DNA of 22,540 nucleotides from a virus (Duplodnaviria; Heunggongvirae; Uroviricota; Caudoviricetes): IMG/VR virus record IMGVR_UViG_2526164690_000046; one strand, 5' to 3'. Shown piece by piece: positions 18,265 to 22,540 of this stretch (position 1 is its first letter; each line of letters starts with the position of its first letter). The notes under the pieces were generated by a model. It saw only the letters and a program-made list of their open reading frames with translations, ran no database searches and was not told where the DNA came from. The position numbers and the translations under genes were made by a program.

Positions 18265-18309
18265 GGGCTGTAGTCCCCGTGTGTCATTCAGGCTTCCGGA
18301 CTACAGCCC
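18265..18309. repeat. 12-bp perfect inverted repeat GGGCTGTAGTCC ... GGACTACAGCCC with 21-nt spacer
   Basis: Arms at 18265-18276 and 18298-18309 are exact reverse complements. Confidence 0.75.
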
Positions 18310-18352
18310 ACTCCATATCTGATTTAATACACTATCCCGGCCGGGAGGAATA

Positions 18353-18601
18353 ATGACATTTAAACATTATGATGTTGTCAGGGCGGCGTCGCCGTCAGAC
18401 CTTGCGGAAAAGCTGACACACAAACTGAAAGAGGGCTGGCAGCCGTTTGGGAGTCCGGTGGCCATAACCCCTTATACCCTGATGCAGGCGATTACAGCAG
18501 AAGGTGATGTGGTGGTCAGTGGTGCAACTGAGCCGGAGCCGACCAAATCGCCCACCGGATATCACCGGAAAGCACCGGATAAGACAGGGATAACCCGCTA
18601 A
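18353..18601 (+). CDS. DUF1737-like small protein
   Basis: 82-aa ORF, GGGAGGA SD; ..DLAEKLTHKLKEGWQPFGSPVAI..LMQAI.. resembles DUF1737 as recalled; terminator follows. Confidence 0.55.
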   Translation: MTFKHYDVVRAASPSDLAEKLTHKLKEGWQPFGSPVAITPYTLMQAITAEGDVVVSGATEPEPTKSPTGYHRKAPDKTGITR

Positions 18602-18624
18602 TCACTTGATTGGCGGGTTTTTTT
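18594..18624 (+). terminator. Rho-independent terminator
   Basis: CCCGCTAATCA .. TGATTGGCGGG stem followed by T7 (18618-18624). Confidence 0.6.
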
Positions 18625-18632
18625 ATGTTTTT

Positions 18633-18661
18633 TAGTCACCGAACATCACCGGATTTATAAG
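18633..18661 (+). promoter_or_regulatory. Candidate int promoter within a conserved 27-bp motif
   Basis: TAGTCA (18633-18638), 17-bp spacer, TATAAG (18656-18661); motif GTCACCGAACATCACCGGATTTATAAG recurs upstream of alpA. Confidence 0.4.
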
Positions 18662-18678
18662 CTATCAGCCGGATTTTT

Positions 18679-18730
18679 TAGTTATACGTTTAGTTATACG
18701 GGCTGGCGTATAACTAAAGCCGTATAACTA
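18679..18730. repeat. Four copies of TAGTTATACG (two direct, two inverted) upstream of the P4-type integrase
   Basis: Direct copies at 18679-18688 and 18691-18700; inverted copies CGTATAACTA at 18707-18716 and 18721-18730. Confidence 0.8.
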
Positions 18731-18763
18731 AAACCCTGTTTTTTCGTGTGGAATCATAGACAT

Positions 18764-20005
18764 ATGGCGAGAAAAACACACCCATTAACCACAGTGCAGA
18801 TCAAAGCAGCCAGACCAGCGCAAAAGGAGTACACCCTGCAGGACGGCGGAGGGCTTTTTCTCCTGGTCAAACCGTCTGGATCAAAACTCTGGAGATTTTC
18901 CTACTACCGACCATCGGACAAAAAAAGAATATTGCTGAGTTTTGGATCGCTTGAAGATGTTTCCCTGGCTGATGCCAGAAAACGCCGTAGCGAGTACAGG
19001 ACGTTAATCAGTGCCGGAACTGACCCGCAGGACCACGAGAGGCAAAAAAGAGAGACAGAGGCCCGAAGACAAGGGAACACGTTCGAAAATGTGGCGGCGG
19101 CATGGTACCAGGTGAAAATCAGCCAGAATCTGGCCCCCAACACGATTAAAGACATCTGGCGTTCGCTGGATAAATATGTATTCCCGTTCATCGGCAACAC
19201 GCCAATAGATACCCTCACCGCCCGAAGGTTCGTTGAAGTGCTTACCCCCATCAAGGAGCGCGGCAACCTGGAAACACTCAAGCGGGTTTTACAGCGCGTT
19301 AATGAGGTAATGGATTACGCCGCCAACAGTGGGCTGATTGATGCCAATCCGGCTATGAATGTGCGTAAGGCGTTTCCCTCACCTGTAAAAAAACATATGC
19401 CAACAATCCGCCCCGAACAGCTGCCCGAGCTTATGCAGGCTTTATCAGTATCGGCAACAGAACGGCAGACCAGATTACTGATTGAATGGCAGTTACTGAC
19501 CGTAACCCGTCCCGCCGAAGCGTCATCAACGCGGTGGGATGAAATCAACCTGGACGCGAAGCAATGGACGATACCTGCCGGACGCATGAAGATGCGCAGG
19601 GATCACGTTATCCCGCTTTCCGGTCAGGCTATGGCGGTGCTGGAGGCCATGAAACCAATCAGCCACCACCGCAATTACGTTTTCCCAAGTCTGAAAGACC
19701 CACAGCAGCCGATGAACAGCCAGACAGCTAACGCAGCATTGCGGCGTATGGGATTCGCTGGCGTGCTGGTGTCTCATGGATTACGCGCCATATTCAGCAC
19801 AGCAGCGAACGAGGAAGGATTCGAGCCGGACGTAATAGAGGCGGCACTTGCCCACGTCGACACCAACGAAGTTAGACGGGCATACAACCGGAGCAACTAC
19901 ATAGAAAAACGCATCGTGCTGATGCGCTGGTGGGGCGAATTTGTCGAGGCTGCGGCGACGGGCGTAACCCTCGCCAGTGGTAAAAGGGGTATCCGAGCCG
20001 TGTAG
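18764..20005 (+). CDS. P4-type tyrosine integrase
   Basis: N-terminus MARKTHPLTTVQIKAARPAQKEYTLQDGGGLFLLVKPSGSKLWRFSY is the P4-integrase arm-binding signature; C-terminal catalytic region (..HGLRAIFST.., ..ALAHVDTNEVRRAYNRSNY..); the track ORF starts at GTG 18746. Confidence 0.9.
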   Translation: MARKTHPLTTVQIKAARPAQKEYTLQDGGGLFLLVKPSGSKLWRFSYYRPSDKKRILLSFGSLEDVSLADARKRRSEYRTLISAGTDPQDHERQKRETEARRQGNTFENVAAAWYQVKISQNLAPNTIKDIWRSLDKYVFPFIGNTPIDTLTARRFVEVLTPIKERGNLETLKRVLQRVNEVMDYAANSGLIDANPAMNVRKAFPSPVKKHMPTIRPEQLPELMQALSVSATERQTRLLIEWQLLTVTRPAEASSTRWDEINLDAKQWTIPAGRMKMRRDHVIPLSGQAMAVLEAMKPISHHRNYVFPSLKDPQQPMNSQTANAALRRMGFAGVLVSHGLRAIFSTAANEEGFEPDVIEAALAHVDTNEVRRAYNRSNYIEKRIVLMRWWGEFVEAAATGVTLASGKRGIRAV

Positions 20006-20082
20006 CTGTACAGAAAACCAGTAAAAACTACGAAAACCATGTAAAACCGTCGTATAATTGCATCAAATTTAACGACAAGGCC

Positions 20083-20334
20083 GTGAAACATGAAACCGTT
20101 AAGATGCAAAAAAATATCAGATGCAATTGCGACGGGCTGCAACTGGCCCTGATGGTTCAGCATGAATTTTGGTCAACCTACGATCCGGAGGACAGAACGA
20201 CGGCCCCATCAAAAAAACAGGTAGTAGATTTTCTGGTATCCCGTGGCGCTTCCAGAAATCTGGCGGTAAGTATTGATAAGGTCGTACGTCCGGCATCTAT
20301 GAAGATCGGAGGCAGGCCCAAAAAATGGCGGTAA
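20083..20334 (+). CDS. Small AlpA/Xis-like DNA-binding protein candidate
   Basis: 83-aa ORF (GTG start; ATG at 20104 also possible); C-terminus ..RPASMKIGGRPKKWR resembles the AlpA/excisionase wing; perfect TATAAT at 20049-20054 upstream; terminator follows. Confidence 0.45.
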   Translation: MKHETVKMQKNIRCNCDGLQLALMVQHEFWSTYDPEDRTTAPSKKQVVDFLVSRGASRNLAVSIDKVVRPASMKIGGRPKKWR

Positions 20335-20344
20335 CAATCCTGGA

Positions 20345-20368
20345 AGCGGCAGAAATGCCGCTTTTTTT
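20345..20368 (+). terminator. Rho-independent terminator
   Basis: AGCGGCA / GAAA / TGCCGCT followed by a T-run. Confidence 0.65.
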
Positions 20369-20462
20369 ATAATTCCATTTCAAATCATCAATATAAAAAA
20401 CGGTGTATACCGTTTAAAAACGGTGGGAACTGTTTTTACCCATATCCGATGATTTACCGTAT

Positions 20463-20491
20463 TTGTCACCGGAATACACCGGATTCACAAG
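20463..20491 (+). promoter_or_regulatory. Candidate alpA promoter; second copy of the 27-bp motif
   Basis: GTCACCGGAATACACCGGATTCACAAG (20465-20491); TTGTCA at 20463-20468 with 17-bp spacer to CACAAG. Confidence 0.4.
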
Positions 20492-20501
20492 GTAAATCAC
20501 G

Positions 20502-20708
20502 ATGGAAGCAATCAGAAAAATTATCTTTCGCCAGGAAGTAAAAAAAATTATCCACATCAAGGCAGACAGCACGCTGCAAAGCATGATCAACGCCGGAGAA
20601 TTTCCGCAGGGTTTTCGCGTTGGTTTACGCCGTCGCGGATGGTATGAGGATGATGTGTTGTCCTGGCAGAAAGAACGCGAAGAGGAAGCACGCGGAACGG
20701 CTGCTTAA
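20502..20708 (+). CDS. alpA: AlpA-family prophage regulator
   Basis: 68-aa ORF; ..STLQSMINAGEFPQGFRVGLRRRGWYEDDVLSWQ.. fits AlpA HTH plus wing; adjacent to a P4-type integrase. Confidence 0.7.
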   Translation: MEAIRKIIFRQEVKKIIHIKADSTLQSMINAGEFPQGFRVGLRRRGWYEDDVLSWQKEREEEARGTAA

Positions 20709-20856
20709 CGGGTATCACAGATATGACAAACACGAAAAAAGCGGCCCCGATATGGAGCCGCCTTTCTGAACAATTAACCCGCTGCGCCTTATGTGTATGT
20801 GATCCCAAACATAAGCACGGGGATGATAGCCGCTATCAGGCTGGTGGGCAATGCAA

Positions 20857-21045
20857 TCAGTCTGGTTCAGTTCGTTGCCATACCTGCAATGAGCGCTTTT
20901 CCCTGTACTCTTTAAGGAATTGCTCAAGGGCAAAAGCACATGGCGCGAATCTTTCTGATTCATGCTCTATCTTTCTGCGCCGTCTTTTCCGTGCCGGTGA
21001 TAATGTTTTGGTCAATTCTTTATCGGTCATTGTGTTGTCCTGCAT
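20857..21045 (-). CDS. Small basic hypothetical protein (62 aa; start uncertain)
   Basis: Track ORF 42 nt downstream of the RHH gene on the same strand; poly-basic stretch ARKRRRRK; weak SD. Confidence 0.35.
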   Translation of the reverse strand: MQDNTMTDKELTKTLSPARKRRRRKIEHESERFAPCAFALEQFLKEYREKRSLQVWQRTEPD

Positions 21046-21087
21046 AGCAATGCGCCGTAATACCTCACACCACGGCGCTGATAGTTT

Positions 21088-21261
21088 TTATCCTTTGGGT
21101 TCTATGCCGCGTTGCTGTAATTCTTTGCGGAGAACGCGTTTAATCCAAGTGGCTAAAGATGTGTCGCCATCGGCCTTAGCTGCTTCTTCTAGCTGCGCTC
21201 TGAAGTCTTCCGGTAATCGCATTTGGTATGGAGGCGAACGTTTTTCTAATGGTGTTGACAT
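21088..21261 (-). CDS. Arc/MetJ-type ribbon-helix-helix DNA-binding protein (57 aa)
   Basis: My translation MSTPLEKRSPPYQMRLPEDFRAQLEEAAKADGDTSLATWIKRVLRKELQQRGIEPKG; ..YQMRLPEDFRAQLEEAAKA.. is a typical Arc-like strand-helix start; not in the track (<60 aa). Confidence 0.6.
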   Translation of the reverse strand: MSTPLEKRSPPYQMRLPEDFRAQLEEAAKADGDTSLATWIKRVLRKELQQRGIEPKG

Positions 21262-21329
21262 GGTAATTACCCTTCATTACTATACCTACATGGTAATTAC
21301 CATTGTACTTGCCATTACACAAAAATCAA
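21255..21329. promoter_or_regulatory. Divergent promoter region with two palindromic operator candidates GGTAATTACC
   Basis: Palindromes at 21262-21271 and 21292-21301 inside a 14-bp direct repeat ACATGGTAATTACC; plus-strand TTGACA (21255-21260) overlaps the RHH start with a poor -10 (TACTAT); minus-strand -35 TTGATT (complement of 21324-21329) and -10 TACAAT (complement of 21302-21307). Confidence 0.5.
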
Positions 21330-21391
21330 CGCCCCGCAGTGCTGGGAACACATACGGGGCGTCTAACCAACAACGTAAACTAGGAGCCGTT

Positions 21392-21952
21392 ATGGTTGCC
21401 GTAAATCATATACCACACCTTGTACACACACAAACGGCCTTTGTGTGGCGTTTTCTGGCCCTGAATATCGGAGAAAAAAACCAGTTGATCGCCAGTGTCG
21501 AAAATAGCTATGATTCCCGCGCACCTCATAAAACGGGTGCCGGGATTGGCGTCCTGGGCAAAACTGAAGCGCATAACACGCGCCCCGCGTGTTTTTTTGT
21601 GCCGCATAGTCACACCTTATCAATGGTGGGCTGTACGGGGGCGGAGCAATCCGCGCCGGTTTCTTCAGTGTCCGGTTACGCCAACCCTGTACAGTCCGCC
21701 ACCAGCGAAATTGGCGTTTCCGGTGGCGGTTATCTTAACCACACTGAGGAGGCTGCCAACATGGCTACTATCCCTACCCTTGTACATTCTCAAACCGCCT
21801 TTCTCTGGCGCTTTATCATCTTTGGCGCGTCAGAACATCAAATCATCCACGTAACCGCCTGGACGGAACGCGAAGCGCGTAGCCGTTGCCCGTCCGGTTG
21901 TGTTGCTGTATTCGCCGCCCGTATTCGTCAGGAGGTGTGCCATGTGCAATAA
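21392..21952 (+). CDS. Tandem Icd-like (cell-division-inhibitor-like) protein; second copy may start internally at 21761
   Basis: ATG 21392 with AGGAG SD; internal ATG 21761 with GAGGAGG SD; both halves carry ..TQTAF(V/L)WRF.. and the second has ..HVTAWTEREARSR.. as recalled for Icd-like proteins; no stop between them. Confidence 0.5.
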   Translation: MVAVNHIPHLVHTQTAFVWRFLALNIGEKNQLIASVENSYDSRAPHKTGAGIGVLGKTEAHNTRPACFFVPHSHTLSMVGCTGAEQSAPVSSVSGYANPVQSATSEIGVSGGGYLNHTEEAANMATIPTLVHSQTAFLWRFIIFGASEHQIIHVTAWTEREARSRCPSGCVAVFAARIRQEVCHVQ

Positions 21953-22163
21953 AACCACACCGGACGCAGCAGCCGCCGCGCTCACTACGCTGATGCACGC
22001 GCTTATCGATATTGAATGCACTGCAGAGCTTGCGCAGGGAGAAGAACAGAAAGACCGGACACAGTTCGCCCTGGAATGTATCCGATACATCGCAACGCGG
22101 TCGCTGAATGACGCTAAAAATATTCTTGTTGCTGATTGTGAAAATGGGGGGGGTTATGCGTGA
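21942..22163 (+). CDS. Hypothetical small protein (73 aa)
   Basis: ATG 21942 with GGAGG SD, overlapping the upstream stop. Confidence 0.45.
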   Translation: MCNKTTPDAAAAALTTLMHALIDIECTAELAQGEEQKDRTQFALECIRYIATRSLNDAKNILVADCENGGGYA

Positions 22164-22377
22164 TGATCGTTTTAATTCCCTGAAACAAGAATTTTCCGGC
22201 GTTCCTGATGATGCGGCTGATGCGCTTTCGTCAATATCTGAAATTATGCGGGTGGCTTTTTTCTTTCTTTGCACTGATGAGCACAGAGATACAGGGCTAA
22301 ATATTCTTGATATTGCCGCTAACTATGCTGATTTCGTGACAGAAGCTGTTTTAAGAAAAACAACGGACGGGGATTAA
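22156..22377 (+). CDS. Hypothetical small protein (73 aa)
   Basis: ATG 22156, overlapping the previous stop (ATGCGTGA). Confidence 0.45.
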   Translation: MRDDRFNSLKQEFSGVPDDAADALSSISEIMRVAFFFLCTDEHRDTGLNILDIAANYADFVTEAVLRKTTDGD

Positions 22378-22378
22378 T

Positions 22379-22540
22379 ATGCGTGATATTTACCACGAAA
22401 CAATAGACCGCGCATTTAGTGCCCTTGCTTACGCTGAAGGTATGTACGAAATATTGCGCATATGGCTTGAAACACTTGGCGACAATGAACGCGACAAACA
22501 AAAATCAAGAATTGTCACGGCATTAATAAACGCTTCTTGA
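22379..22540 (+). CDS. Hypothetical small protein (53 aa)
   Basis: ATG 22379 one nt after the previous stop; TGA is the last codon of the window. Confidence 0.4.
   Translation: MRDIYHETIDRAFSALAYAEGMYEILRIWLETLGDNERDKQKSRIVTALINAS

Noticed and set aside
18045-18353. 102-aa plus-strand ORF
   Set aside because: Spans two terminator hairpins and the 12-bp inverted repeat; no SD
18100-18745. tRNA or tmRNA gene as the island attachment site
   Set aside because: No GGTTCGAATCC-type T-loop or acceptor-stem/CCA arrangement seen by eye; a covariance-model search is still needed
20723-21952. 409-aa plus-strand ORF as a single large protein
   Set aside because: Its first two thirds run antisense to the RHH and 62-aa genes and across a terminator-like hairpin, with Cys/Ser/Arg-rich composition; only the part from 21392 looks like a real (Icd-like) gene
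1-22540. CRISPR array or rRNA operon
   Set aside because: No regularly spaced direct repeats with unique spacers and no rRNA-like conserved stretches

Overview
The window is a mosaic E. coli-type prophage region, with genes recognised from ORF translations and recalled family features; no searches were run. Positions 1-17.2 kb are a lambdoid (Rac-like) prophage arm: integrase/excisionase, ralR-recT-recE-racC-ydaE-kilR on the minus strand, a racR / ydaS-ydaT immunity switch, ydaU/ydaV replication genes, a nin-like block of small overlapping genes, a hok type I toxin locus, ydfU-like, rusA, a Q-like gene, and a late-promoter-like element with terminator. No lysis or structural genes follow. Instead there is a TerB-like gene remnant, a small membrane-protein ORF and a structured non-coding stretch, then from about 18.6 kb the left end of a P4/PICI-like island: P4-type integrase, two AlpA/Xis-like genes, a divergent Arc-type RHH module and Icd-like genes. 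Four genes look inactivated as printed: recT (-1 frameshift in an A-run), ralR (in-frame TGA), the Q-like gene (split at an A6 run) and the TerB-like gene (in-frame TAG, no start). The most promising candidates for uncharacterised function are the RHH plus small basic protein module with GGTAATTACC operators in the island, the two strong-RBS hydrophobic micro-ORFs upstream of hok, and the DUF4406-like gene in the nin-like operon. No rRNA, tRNA or CRISPR array was found by eye.
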